NCBI GenBank assembly: GCA_045047115.1
Contig: JASFYR010000008.1
Coordinates: 64,001-128,000 of the forward strand
DNA from: Sulfurospirillum sp.
GTDB taxonomy: Bacteria > Campylobacterota > Campylobacteria > Campylobacterales > Sulfurospirillaceae
DNA length: 64,000 nucleotides
Reading direction: 5' to 3'
Shown here: positions 19,748 through 29,655 of the stretch, one piece after another
Position numbering within the stretch: the first letter of the stretch is position 1
How the letters are laid out: every line of letters begins with the position of its first letter
The notes under the pieces: generated by a model
The model's database searches: none
Seen by the model: only the letters and a program-made list of their open reading frames with translations
What the model was told of the DNA's origin: nothing
Made by a program: the position numbers and the translations under genes

Positions 19748-20548
19748 ATGAGATATTTTATATTGGTTGTTTTAGCGAGCATCGGACTAAATGCGACCAT
19801 CTACTATGCAAAAGTTGAACCTGTACAAAAGTACAGCATCAAGTCAGCTGCAAGTGGAAAAGTTTTGAAATCAAAATACAAGATGGAGGGAAGAATCTCC
19901 AAAGGTGATGCTATTATCCATCTGGATGATGTTTTAAATAAAGAGGATTTAAAAAATTCTACTGAAAAATTAAAAACTATAAGAGATTTGATTTCTATTA
20001 CAAAAAAGAATCTTAAAAACGCCAAGAGAGTAGCTGGCATAAGAGAGAAAAACTACAATAAGATCAAAAATTTGAAGACAAAAGCAAGAGTCGAAAAAGA
20101 TAACGAACTTATAAACAGTATAAATGCACAAAATCAAGTACTAAGCCTTATGAGCAGTCTTGAAAATCTAAAGAGTCAATTAAACGATCAAAAGTATAAA
20201 ATTGCTACACTAAAGGATTTGATAAGCAAAAAGAGCATATCAATCCCAAAAGGATATCTGATATATAAACTCTATCTTCAAAAAGGCGACTTTGCCGGAG
20301 TCGGTACACCTTTGGTAGATGCTTACGATATATCTCATGCAAAACTGACTGTTTATGTCTCAAAAGAGGATTACTATTTGGCAAAAAACGGGATAATTTA
20401 CTTGGATGGCAAGGCGACAAATTATAGAGTAAATAAACTCTGGGATAGTAGCGACACACAAAATATATCATCATATAAGGCGGAGATACTTATATCTGCA
20501 CCAAAAGTTTTTTCAAAACTTGTAAAAGTTGAGTTTAGGAAAAGATAG
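19748..20548 (+). CDS. HlyD-like periplasmic adaptor (membrane fusion) protein
   Basis: Signal peptide, lipoyl-like IKSAASGKV, central coiled coil, second lipoyl half (L..GDF...GTPL). Confidence 0.7.
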   Translation: MRYFILVVLASIGLNATIYYAKVEPVQKYSIKSAASGKVLKSKYKMEGRISKGDAIIHLDDVLNKEDLKNSTEKLKTIRDLISITKKNLKNAKRVAGIREKNYNKIKNLKTKARVEKDNELINSINAQNQVLSLMSSLENLKSQLNDQKYKIATLKDLISKKSISIPKGYLIYKLYLQKGDFAGVGTPLVDAYDISHAKLTVYVSKEDYYLAKNGIIYLDGKATNYRVNKLWDSSDTQNISSYKAEILISAPKVFSKLVKVEFRKR

Positions 20549-22293
20549 TGAATTTATCCACTTGTCCCCTTGATTGTTTTGACAGTTGTAGTGTTGTTTT
20601 GGGAGATGACGGTCGGCTAAAAGGCGATAAAAATCATCCCATCACTCAAGGTTTTTTGTGTCACCATTTAAACAATTACCATAAAATCCCAAGAATTTTG
20701 AAGCCACTCTATAGAGGCAGAGAAATTGAGCTTGACGAGGCTTTAAATATACTTGTACAAAAGCTAAAACAGAGTATGCCAGCAAAAACTCTGTACTATA
20801 AAGGCAGTGGAAATCTAGGTGCAATGCAGAGTGTAACAAGGCTTTTCTTTGACAGATATGGTGCAGTTGTCACTAAAGGTGGACTTTGTGAAGAGGCTGG
20901 AATTTATGGTATACAGGAGGGTAGAGGTGCAGCTTTGCCACTCTCTCCAAACATAGTAAAACAAAGTGATGTTGTGATAGTTTGGGGACGAAATACAAGC
21001 ATAACAAACTCTCATATGTTACCCTCTCTAAAAGGTAAAAAACTCATAGTGATAGACCCCCGCAAAACCGATATTGCCAAAAAAGCAGATATACATGTAG
21101 CGATAAAACCAAGAAGTGATCTCTGGCTTGCTATGCTTTTAAGTAGAGCTGCATATATGGAACAGATGGAAGATGTGGATTTTATAGAAAAGAGATGTGA
21201 AAATTTTGACTACTTTTTAGATGAAGTAAATGGAACTCCCATAGTCAAGCTAATGCAAAACAGCGGAGTAGGTCTGGATGTCATAGGTGAGATACTCTCT
21301 ATGATAGATGGTAAGAGAGTTACGATTTTAGTAGGAATTGGTGTGCAAAAATATAGTCACGGAAATAGTGTTTTGAGAGCTATTGACTCTTTTGCTGCAC
21401 TTTTGGGGCTTTTTGACAAAGATGGTTGCGGAGTAGGTTTTATAGATGACAGCTCTTATGGTTTTGGCAAACCCTTTGCATGTAGAGCTAAAAAAAGAGT
21501 TCCAATGCCTACGATAAATTTCAGTGATTATGATATAAGCTTTATACAAGGTGGCAATCCTGTGACTCAACTCCCTTGCACCCCAAAGGTAAAAGAGGGG
21601 CTTGAGAAATCAAAATTTATAGTCTATTTTGGTCTTCATCATAATGAAACTTCAAAAATAGCGGATTTGATTATCCCTGCAAAGACTTTTTTGGAAAAAG
21701 AGGATGTTAAGCTCTCGTATGGACATGAGTATGTAGGTTTTATGCCAAAGCTCAAAGAGAGTAAAATCGGCATAAGTGAGTATGAACTCAGCTCATATCT
21801 TATGGGTGCATTTGATTATGGCAAGCTCAAGAGTGAAAAAGAGTATATAGATGAGATTGTTACTAAAAACAGTGTTGAAAAAGATGGTTTCTTAGCTTCA
21901 AAGTATCTTTTAGACTCTCCATATAGCCAAAAATTTTATACCGATAGCCAAAAATTTGAATTTTTTGATGAGTTTGAGGATGAGTTTGAGGATAAGGGAG
22001 AGTTCTTTTTGCTAGCAGTCAAACAGAATAAATCTTTGAATTCACAGTTTTATACAGATGATTTTTTAAGAGTTCCATCAACCATTGGGCTTAGTGATGG
22101 AGATATGGTCAGGTTGACAAACGGGACATATGAATGTGAGTATGAAATAAGAGTTGACGATACTCTTAGAGATGACTGTATGGCTCTAAATTCCGGCGGA
22201 ATTAGCGCAAATATGCTGACACCTCATCTTATGAGTCAAGAGGGTTATGGAGCAGTATATCAAGAATGCAAAGTGAGTATTGTAAGATGTTAG
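20548..22293 (+). CDS. Molybdopterin-dependent oxidoreductase
   Basis: CPLDCFDSC-x-C 4Fe-4S motif, GD..HPITQGFLC, VWGRN, IDPR.T..A..AD, ADLIIPA. Confidence 0.88.
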   Translation: MNLSTCPLDCFDSCSVVLGDDGRLKGDKNHPITQGFLCHHLNNYHKIPRILKPLYRGREIELDEALNILVQKLKQSMPAKTLYYKGSGNLGAMQSVTRLFFDRYGAVVTKGGLCEEAGIYGIQEGRGAALPLSPNIVKQSDVVIVWGRNTSITNSHMLPSLKGKKLIVIDPRKTDIAKKADIHVAIKPRSDLWLAMLLSRAAYMEQMEDVDFIEKRCENFDYFLDEVNGTPIVKLMQNSGVGLDVIGEILSMIDGKRVTILVGIGVQKYSHGNSVLRAIDSFAALLGLFDKDGCGVGFIDDSSYGFGKPFACRAKKRVPMPTINFSDYDISFIQGGNPVTQLPCTPKVKEGLEKSKFIVYFGLHHNETSKIADLIIPAKTFLEKEDVKLSYGHEYVGFMPKLKESKIGISEYELSSYLMGAFDYGKLKSEKEYIDEIVTKNSVEKDGFLASKYLLDSPYSQKFYTDSQKFEFFDEFEDEFEDKGEFFLLAVKQNKSLNSQFYTDDFLRVPSTIGLSDGDMVRLTNGTYECEYEIRVDDTLRDDCMALNSGGISANMLTPHLMSQEGYGAVYQECKVSIVRC

Positions 22294-22997
22294 ATGCAGA
22301 AGTTTTGCTTGAAGATACACTGCTTTTAGTTGAACAAAATTTCTATTTTCTAAATATGGGTGAATTTTTGGGTATGCTCTGTAAAACAGAGGATTTGACA
22401 GATAGAAGTATGTTTGTAGTAAAAAAGTTTGATGAAGAAAATGCGTACTACTTCAATGCGGATATAACCTATGAGCTTCTAAAAAACGCAAGAGAATACA
22501 AACAAGATGAACTCTCTTTATTTGAGTATTTTGTAGAGTTTAATGCCTTTCGCGGAATCTGCATGGCCATGGTAGAAGCTTTGAGGCTTGAGAGTTCTTT
22601 TAAAAGATATATAGAAGATAGATTTAATGATGAATATGAAAATTTTTATGATATACTCTCTTTTGTGCGAAATGTTCTGTCGCACAACACGCATGCAGAG
22701 ATAAGACTAAATGAAAAAGACTTTGCAGGTACACTAAAACGAATAAGAAGAATGAGAAGAGATGAAAAAGTAAAACTAAATTTCAGATACAGTAATGCTC
22801 TGCCCGAAATATCTCCTCCAAACAGTAAATATGGTGTCAATATAGAGATAGATTTTCTCTCCTTGAAGGTTGGAGATGAGTTTTTGAAGATTGTTACTTT
22901 GTGGGATCTTTTTATGCTAAGCGAGCTATGTTTCAATCTTGTATTATCATTTAGGGCATTGAGCCAGCCAAAAGACCAACTCAATATTTATGATTAG
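22287..22997 (+). CDS. Hypothetical protein with RxxxxH (HEPN-like) motif
   Basis: Coupled to the upstream gene; helical acidic protein containing SFVRNVLSHN. Confidence 0.7.
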   Translation: MLDAEVLLEDTLLLVEQNFYFLNMGEFLGMLCKTEDLTDRSMFVVKKFDEENAYYFNADITYELLKNAREYKQDELSLFEYFVEFNAFRGICMAMVEALRLESSFKRYIEDRFNDEYENFYDILSFVRNVLSHNTHAEIRLNEKDFAGTLKRIRRMRRDEKVKLNFRYSNALPEISPPNSKYGVNIEIDFLSLKVGDEFLKIVTLWDLFMLSELCFNLVLSFRALSQPKDQLNIYD

Positions 22998-23011
22998 GTA
23001 CTTAGTGCGGG

Positions 23012-23515
<504 letters not shown>

Positions 23516-23540
23516 TTCTTTTATAAAAGGAATTTCCTTA

Positions 23541-24839
23541 TTATAGGTTAAAACCTCTTTCGCCATGTATTGCTTCATCAAGTCCTATTGTTTCAGTCTC
23601 TTCGTCAACTCTTCCACCACCGGTCAATGCTGAAGCTATATAGTAAACTATGACAGTTCCTATGAGTGTAAATGCTCCGACTACCAAGATAGACTCTAGC
23701 TGAACTAATACTTGTCCCATTCTGTCTCCCGTGGCTTTTAGAGGTCCGTCCCACAAGAGGTCATTGTCTTTGACTGCAAGGAAACCTGTTGCCAAAGCTC
23801 CCCATAATCCAGCCAAGAAGTGTATACCAAAAGCATCCAGTGAATCATCGTATTTTAATTTTTTCTTCAATACGGAAACTCCAAAAAATGCTATAACAGA
23901 GCCAAATATACCAACTATTAAAGCTCCACTTACATCTACAAATCCAGCAGCAGGAGTGATAGCAACAAGACCGGCTACTACACCTGAAACTGCTCCTAAA
24001 AGTGTAGTTTTTTTATAAACTATGTACTCTATAGCTATCCATGTAAGGGCGGCTGCTGCAGGTGCCAGCGTGGTTGTCAGATATGCAAGTCCGGCTATTG
24101 CATTTGCTCCAAATGCACTTCCGCCGTTGAATCCAAACCATCCAAACCAAAGCAGAGCTCCACCAAGAGCTGTCAGCATGATACTCATAGGCTTCATAGC
24201 TACTTTTGGATAGCCTTTTCTTTTACCAATCAAAACAGCAAGAACCAAGCCTGCCAAACCACCATTCATATGTACAACGGTACCACCTGCAAAATCAAGT
24301 GCTCCGGCATCAAATAAAAATGCGCCATCTCCACCCCAAACCATGTGAGTGATTGGTGCATAGACTACAATAGTCCAAATGGCAACAAATATAATCCAGG
24401 TTGAAAATTTCATCCTCTCTATGACTGAGCCACTTGCTATTGCTACTGTGATCGCTGCAAATGTTCCTTGAAAAACAACAAATACATAAGTAGGATATGT
24501 GCCGCTTAAGTCATTCCACTTTATACCGTTTAAAAACATATTGTCAAATCCGCCTATAACAGCCTGCATAGAGCCGCCATTGCCAAATGCAACAGAATAT
24601 CCGGCAACTATCCACACAACAAATGCAACAGTAAATGCTACAAAAACCATAGCATAAGAGTTGAGTACATTTTTAGCTCTGGTCATACCGCCATAAAAGA
24701 GTGCCAAGCCTGCTGGAGTCATAAGTAAAACCAGTGCAGCTGACATCATCATCCAGGCTGTATCTCCACTGTCTAGCTTATCTCCGGCAAAGCTAATCGT
24801 GGGTAAAAGTAGTAGTGTAGGTAAAAACCATTTTTTCAT
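23541..24839 (-). CDS. amtB: Ammonium transporter
   Basis: GDTAWM, LMTPAGLALFYGG, ALDFAGGTVVH, LWFGWFGFNGGS, DDSLDAFGIH. Confidence 0.97.
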   Translation of the reverse strand: MKKWFLPTLLLLPTISFAGDKLDSGDTAWMMMSAALVLLMTPAGLALFYGGMTRAKNVLNSYAMVFVAFTVAFVVWIVAGYSVAFGNGGSMQAVIGGFDNMFLNGIKWNDLSGTYPTYVFVVFQGTFAAITVAIASGSVIERMKFSTWIIFVAIWTIVVYAPITHMVWGGDGAFLFDAGALDFAGGTVVHMNGGLAGLVLAVLIGKRKGYPKVAMKPMSIMLTALGGALLWFGWFGFNGGSAFGANAIAGLAYLTTTLAPAAAALTWIAIEYIVYKKTTLLGAVSGVVAGLVAITPAAGFVDVSGALIVGIFGSVIAFFGVSVLKKKLKYDDSLDAFGIHFLAGLWGALATGFLAVKDNDLLWDGPLKATGDRMGQVLVQLESILVVGAFTLIGTVIVYYIASALTGGGRVDEETETIGLDEAIHGERGFNL

Positions 24840-24870
24840 AATCCATCTCCTTGTTTTTTTGATTGCAACA

Positions 24871-24955
24871 ATTTTAGCAAAAAAATAGACATAAAATATT
24901 AATTTAGTGATTAAAAAATAGGCAATATAGAGTACCCGGTAAAATATGCTATAAT
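24871..24955. promoter_or_regulatory. Divergent amtB/metH promoter region with extended -10 elements
   Basis: TGCTAAAAT on the minus strand (24879-24871) for amtB; TGCTATAAT on the plus strand (24947-24955) for metH. Confidence 0.55.
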
Positions 24956-24971
24956 ATAAATAAATTAAGAT

Positions 24972-27900
24972 ATGGAAAACAAATTGAAATTAGAAGATTT
25001 AATCAAACAAAAAGTAATGATACTAGATGGTGCCATGGGTACCCAGATACAAAATGCAGATGTACCTGATATTGTTTGGGACGGATTAGAGGGATGCAAT
25101 GAGATCTTAAACTCTACATATGCAGATTTGATAGGGGGTATCCACAAAGGCTATCTAAAAGCCGGAGCTGATATAATAAAAACAAATACCTTTGGAGCGC
25201 TTCCTTGGGTGCTTGATGATTATGGTATAGCTTCACGGGCATTTGAACTTGCAAAAGATGGTGCAAAAGTGGCAAAAGATGCTTGTACTTCTTTTTCAAG
25301 TGACAAAAAACCTCGTTTTTGTGCTGGTTCACTAGGGCCAGGAACAAAACTTCCCTCACTGGGTCATATTACTTATGATGAGATGTTTGAGGGTTACAAG
25401 ATGGCTGCTTTGGGGCTGATAGAAGGAGGAGTTGATCTCTTTTTGCTGGAGACTGCCCAAGATCCACTCCAGATAAAAGCCGCACTTCATGCCATAGAAG
25501 ATGCCCAGTTGAGTGATGCTGTAAAGCTTCCTGTTATGGTTTCGGTGACGATTGAGCTTAGTGGGACTATGCTCATAGGAACAGACGCTATGACGATAGC
25601 TACTATACTGAAACCGTTTGATGTGCTTAGTCTTGGTTTCAACTGTGGTACAGGACCCCAGCAGGTCAAAAAACATGTAAAAACTCTAAGTGAGATATGG
25701 GATAAACCTATCAGCGTACATGCAAATGCCGGACTTCCTCAAAACAGAGGCGGACACTCGTTTTATCCGATGGGACCACGAGAATTTGCTGACTTTCAAG
25801 AGGGCTTTTTGGAATTTGACGGAGTCTGTCTGCTTGGTGGTTGTTGTGGTACTACTCCACAACATATATATGAGCTCTCCAAAAGAGTGGAAGGCAAGAT
25901 ACCGCTTTCCCCAAAAGGAGAACAACCTACCTCTTTGGCATCACTATTTGAGACTAGAACTATCAAACAAGATCCCGCACCGTTTTTGATAGGAGAGAGA
26001 AGCAATGCCACAGGCTCAAAAGCTTTTAGAGAGTTGCTTTTAGCGGAGGATTACGAGGGAACTCTATCGGTTGCCCAACAGCAGGTTAGAAGTGGTGCAC
26101 ACGGGATAGATGTGAGTGTAGGCTTTGCCGGCAGAGATGAGAGCAGAGATATGAGAGAGGTTGTGAGTCGTTACAACAGCAAAATCTCACTCCCTCTTAT
26201 GCCTGATACTACACAGATCCATGCCCTTGAAGTTGCACTAAAGCATATAGGTGGGAAACCCATCATAAACTCTGTAAATTTAGAAGATGGTATAGAGAAG
26301 TTTGATAGAGTTTGTTCTTTGGCTAAGAGATTTGGCTGTGCACTTGTTTGTTTGACGATAGATGAAAAAGGAATGGCTAAAACAAAAGAACAAAAGATAG
26401 AAATTGCACAGAGAATTTATGAATTAGCTACCAAAAAACATAGGATTGATTCAAGAGATTTGGTTTTTGATTTGCTCACTTTTACTGTTGGGAGCGGGGA
26501 TGAGGAGTATTTTACAGCTGCCATTGATGTCATAGAGGCTATAAGAGAGTTTCACAAGATGCACCCGGAAGTCGGTTTTGTGTTAGGGATTTCAAACATC
26601 TCTTTTGGTTTGGCAAAGCATGCCAGGGAGTATCTGAACTCAGTATTTTTACACCATTGTGTAAAAGCAGGTCTTAGTATGGCGATAGTAAATGTTAAAA
26701 ATACGATACCGATGCACAAGATAAATGATGAGCAGAGAAAAGTATGTGAAGATCTACTCTTTAACAACCGAAGCGAGGGAGATCCGCTTTTTAAGTTTAT
26801 AGACTATTTTGAAGATGTAAAAGAGACAAACCAAGAAGATGAAGATAAAGCTTTTAATGCCTTAAATACGCAAGAAAAATTAAAAAAATTACTTATAGAT
26901 GGCGACAAAGAGAGAATGATGCCTCTTTTAGTGGATGCCAAAGATGAGATAGCCCCAGAAGTGATAGTAAATAAAATTTTAATAGATGCTATGAAAGTAG
27001 TAGGCGAGCTATTTGGAAGCGGCCAGATGCAGCTACCTTTTGTACTTCAAAGTGCAGAGGTAATGAAAGCAAGTGTGGACTACCTAAATCCATATCTTCC
27101 AAAGATAGACAAAGAGAGTGAAACTACGCTCATACTGGGAACCGTCAAAGGCGATGTTCATGATGTAGGCAAAAACTTAGTTGATATTATTCTTTCAAAC
27201 AATGGTTTTAAAGTGATAAACATAGGTATAAAAGCCGATATAGATGAGCTTATAAAAGCTTATGATGAGCATAAAGCCACTGCTATTGGTATGAGCGGAT
27301 TGTTGGTAAAATCAACAAATGTTATGAAAGAAAATCTTGAAAAACTACAATCTATGGGGCTGAAAGTTCCTATTTTGCTTGGTGGTGCGGCTTTGACGGA
27401 TAACTTTATAGAGGATTATTGTCGTCCTATATATGATGGACCTATATTTTATTGCAAAGATGCCTTTGAAGGTATAGAGGCGATGAGCAGGATAGAAAAA
27501 GGTGATTTTAATACTGACTTTGGAAGAAAAAAGATAGTTGAGGGGATAAAAAAAGAGCAAAAAGAGCTGTCTCCTATGCCTGAGTTTAAAGATATAAAAA
27601 TGCCCAGTCGTGATATAGCGATACCGACTCCACCTTTTTGGGGCAGAAGAGTCATAAAAGAGGGAATAAGCGATATAGCATATGAATGGATAAACCACAA
27701 GATGCTCTTCTCTCGTGCTTGGGGATACAGTGGCAAAGGGATGAGCAAAGAGGAGAAACAGAAGCAAAGAGATGATACTCTATGGCCATTATATGAGAAG
27801 ATAAAGTCTGAAATAGAGAAAAAAGGTCTTTTTGATCCGACTGTCATCTACGGATACTATCCTTGCAGGAGCGAGGCAAACAAGCTTTTTGTGCTAGATG

Positions 27901-28451
27901 AAAAGAGAGGCTATTTCAAGCCTGAGGATATAAACAAAGTGCCACTAAAACAGAGCGACATACTTCATACACTGGATTTTCCAAGGCAGAAAAAAAAGCC
28001 CTATAGATGCTTGAGTGACTTTTTTGCAAATGACAGAGATGATGTGGTAGCATTTACATGTGTGAGTGCCGGCTCAAAGTTTAGTGAGTATGAAAAAGAG
28101 CTTTACAGTGAGGGAAAATTTAAAGAGTATCATTTGATACATGGTATAAGTGTAGAGATAGCAGAAGCTTTAGCAGAGGTTGCACACAAGCAAATAAGGC
28201 TGGATCTTGGTATCGCACAAAATGAAAAGCACTCTTTGAAAGATGTACAGATGAGAGCGTATCAGGGATGCAGGTACTCATTTGGCTATCCTGCATGTCC
28301 TGATCTTAGTGACTCCAAGGTGATATTTGAGCTTTTGAAGCCTGAAGAGTTTGGTATAGAGCTGAGCGAAACTTTTCAAATCCACCCGGAGCAGAGCACT
28401 ACTGCTATAGTGCTTCACCATAGGGAGGCTATGTATTTTAATGTTGGTTGA
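24972..28451 (+). CDS. metH: Cobalamin-dependent methionine synthase
   Basis: LDGAMGT, GGCCGT, IGER.NA.GSK.F, B12-binding GDVHDVGKNLV, activation-domain RYSFGYPACP. Confidence 0.97.
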   Translation: MENKLKLEDLIKQKVMILDGAMGTQIQNADVPDIVWDGLEGCNEILNSTYADLIGGIHKGYLKAGADIIKTNTFGALPWVLDDYGIASRAFELAKDGAKVAKDACTSFSSDKKPRFCAGSLGPGTKLPSLGHITYDEMFEGYKMAALGLIEGGVDLFLLETAQDPLQIKAALHAIEDAQLSDAVKLPVMVSVTIELSGTMLIGTDAMTIATILKPFDVLSLGFNCGTGPQQVKKHVKTLSEIWDKPISVHANAGLPQNRGGHSFYPMGPREFADFQEGFLEFDGVCLLGGCCGTTPQHIYELSKRVEGKIPLSPKGEQPTSLASLFETRTIKQDPAPFLIGERSNATGSKAFRELLLAEDYEGTLSVAQQQVRSGAHGIDVSVGFAGRDESRDMREVVSRYNSKISLPLMPDTTQIHALEVALKHIGGKPIINSVNLEDGIEKFDRVCSLAKRFGCALVCLTIDEKGMAKTKEQKIEIAQRIYELATKKHRIDSRDLVFDLLTFTVGSGDEEYFTAAIDVIEAIREFHKMHPEVGFVLGISNISFGLAKHAREYLNSVFLHHCVKAGLSMAIVNVKNTIPMHKINDEQRKVCEDLLFNNRSEGDPLFKFIDYFEDVKETNQEDEDKAFNALNTQEKLKKLLIDGDKERMMPLLVDAKDEIAPEVIVNKILIDAMKVVGELFGSGQMQLPFVLQSAEVMKASVDYLNPYLPKIDKESETTLILGTVKGDVHDVGKNLVDIILSNNGFKVINIGIKADIDELIKAYDEHKATAIGMSGLLVKSTNVMKENLEKLQSMGLKVPILLGGAALTDNFIEDYCRPIYDGPIFYCKDAFEGIEAMSRIEKGDFNTDFGRKKIVEGIKKEQKELSPMPEFKDIKMPSRDIAIPTPPFWGRRVIKEGISDIAYEWINHKMLFSRAWGYSGKGMSKEEKQKQRDDTLWPLYEKIKSEIEKKGLFDPTVIYGYYPCRSEANKLFVLDEKRGYFKPEDINKVPLKQSDILHTLDFPRQKKKPYRCLSDFFANDRDDVVAFTCVSAGSKFSEYEKELYSEGKFKEYHLIHGISVEIAEALAEVAHKQIRLDLGIAQNEKHSLKDVQMRAYQGCRYSFGYPACPDLSDSKVIFELLKPEEFGIELSETFQIHPEQSTTAIVLHHREAMYFNVG

Positions 28452-28457
28452 ATTTAA

Positions 28458-28748
28458 GTGAGAAAATTTGACATTTTTAAAGCAAATCTGGCAAAACAGC
28501 TAAAACCAAAAACAAGCTGGTGGAGTTTGGCAGGTATCATTGTATTTTTCTTCTTCCCCGAAATCATAGCATTTTTTTGGGGAGATAAAATTATAGCCTA
28601 TTCAAACCTGATGCAAAAACACAGTGATGACTATCTGATGCAAAAATTATACGAAATTCTAAAGATGTTCGGCGAAAACAGCCTTTTTAATATCATCGTG
28701 GGGACAGGGTTGGTAATTTGGTTTTTTTATGAAAGAAGAAAGTCTTAG
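28458..28748 (+). CDS. Hypothetical two-TM membrane protein
   Basis: Two hydrophobic segments; immediately follows metH. Confidence 0.6.
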   Translation: MRKFDIFKANLAKQLKPKTSWWSLAGIIVFFFFPEIIAFFWGDKIIAYSNLMQKHSDDYLMQKLYEILKMFGENSLFNIIVGTGLVIWFFYERRKS

Positions 28749-28840
28749 TTTTAACCAACAAGTCTAATATATATTTGACAGTCTTAAATAAGTATAAAGA
28801 TGATACGATGCTTGCCAATAAATAGTTTGGATACACAAAG

Positions 28841-29167
28841 ATGTCGTTATTAATAAAGAGTTTACTCGGGGCAATTACTGTTGTTATTATTGATTTTATG
28901 GCGAAAACCAAGAATTTTTATATTGCCGGACTTGCTCCGCTTTTTCCTACTTTTGCTATTATTGCACACTATATAGTAGGAAAGGAACATAATACTTCAG
29001 ACTTGCAAAAAACAGTCTTGTTTGGTATTTGTGCACTTATTCCCTATTTTATTTATTTGCTTTCAGTTTATCTTTTGTGTACAAAATTATCGTTAATTCA
29101 TACAATTATAGTCTCGACTGTGGCATGGATATTGACCGCCATAGTACTTTTATTATTGTGGAAATAA
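28841..29167 (+). CDS. GlpM/YdgC family membrane protein
   Basis: K.LLGA..V..I..MAKTKNFYIAGL.PLFPTFA.IAHYIVG. Confidence 0.88.
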   Translation: MSLLIKSLLGAITVVIIDFMAKTKNFYIAGLAPLFPTFAIIAHYIVGKEHNTSDLQKTVLFGICALIPYFIYLLSVYLLCTKLSLIHTIIVSTVAWILTAIVLLLLWK

Positions 29168-29183
29168 AAAAGCATAATATCTC

Positions 29184-29239
29184 TTGACAAAGTTTTCTTA
29201 TTGCGTTATCATTTCTTATGTAATTAGCAAAATTACTAA
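29184..29239 (+). promoter_or_regulatory. Canonical sigma70 promoter plus candidate repressor operator
   Basis: TTGACA (29184-29189), 17 nt, TATCAT (29207-29212); downstream TTAG-N8-CTAA (29224-29239). Confidence 0.55.
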
Positions 29240-29265
29240 ATACTTAATCTACAACGGGGAAACAG

Positions 29266-29622
29266 ATGAAAACATTACTGATTTTTAATCATCAACCATA
29301 TGATGGAAGCGATATAGCATGGAATGCTTTAAGGCTGGCAAAAACATTGTCTGAAAAAGGTGGCGAAGTTAGAATTTTTTTAATGAATGATAGTGTTGAT
29401 TTGGCAAGAAATATTACAAAAAAACCAGATTTTTATGAGTATGATTTGGTGGAAATGTTAAAGGAGCTATATCAAAATGGTATTAAGCTAAAAGTATGCG
29501 GGACTTGTCAGGCAAGATGCGGGATAAATAAAAATCAACCATATTTCAATGATGAGATTAAGGGCACTATGAGCGATTTGGCTTTTTGGGTAGTTGAGTG
29601 CGATAAGGTATTGACTTTTTAA
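29266..29622 (+). CDS. DsrE/YchN family sulfur relay protein
   Basis: N..PY.GSD..WNALRLA, V.IFLM.D.V, VCGTC.ARCG, WV.E.DKVLTF. Confidence 0.88.
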   Translation: MKTLLIFNHQPYDGSDIAWNALRLAKTLSEKGGEVRIFLMNDSVDLARNITKKPDFYEYDLVEMLKELYQNGIKLKVCGTCQARCGINKNQPYFNDEIKGTMSDLAFWVVECDKVLTF

Positions 29623-29655
29623 GCAACCCCACCAAAAAAGGAGATTTAAACAGAA

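Noticed and set aside
21920..21995. Short tandem repeats (ATAGCCAAAAATTT x2, TGAGTTTGAGGA x2)
   Set aside because: In-frame low-complexity coding sequence (SQKF..SQKF, DEFEDEFED) inside the molybdoenzyme gene.
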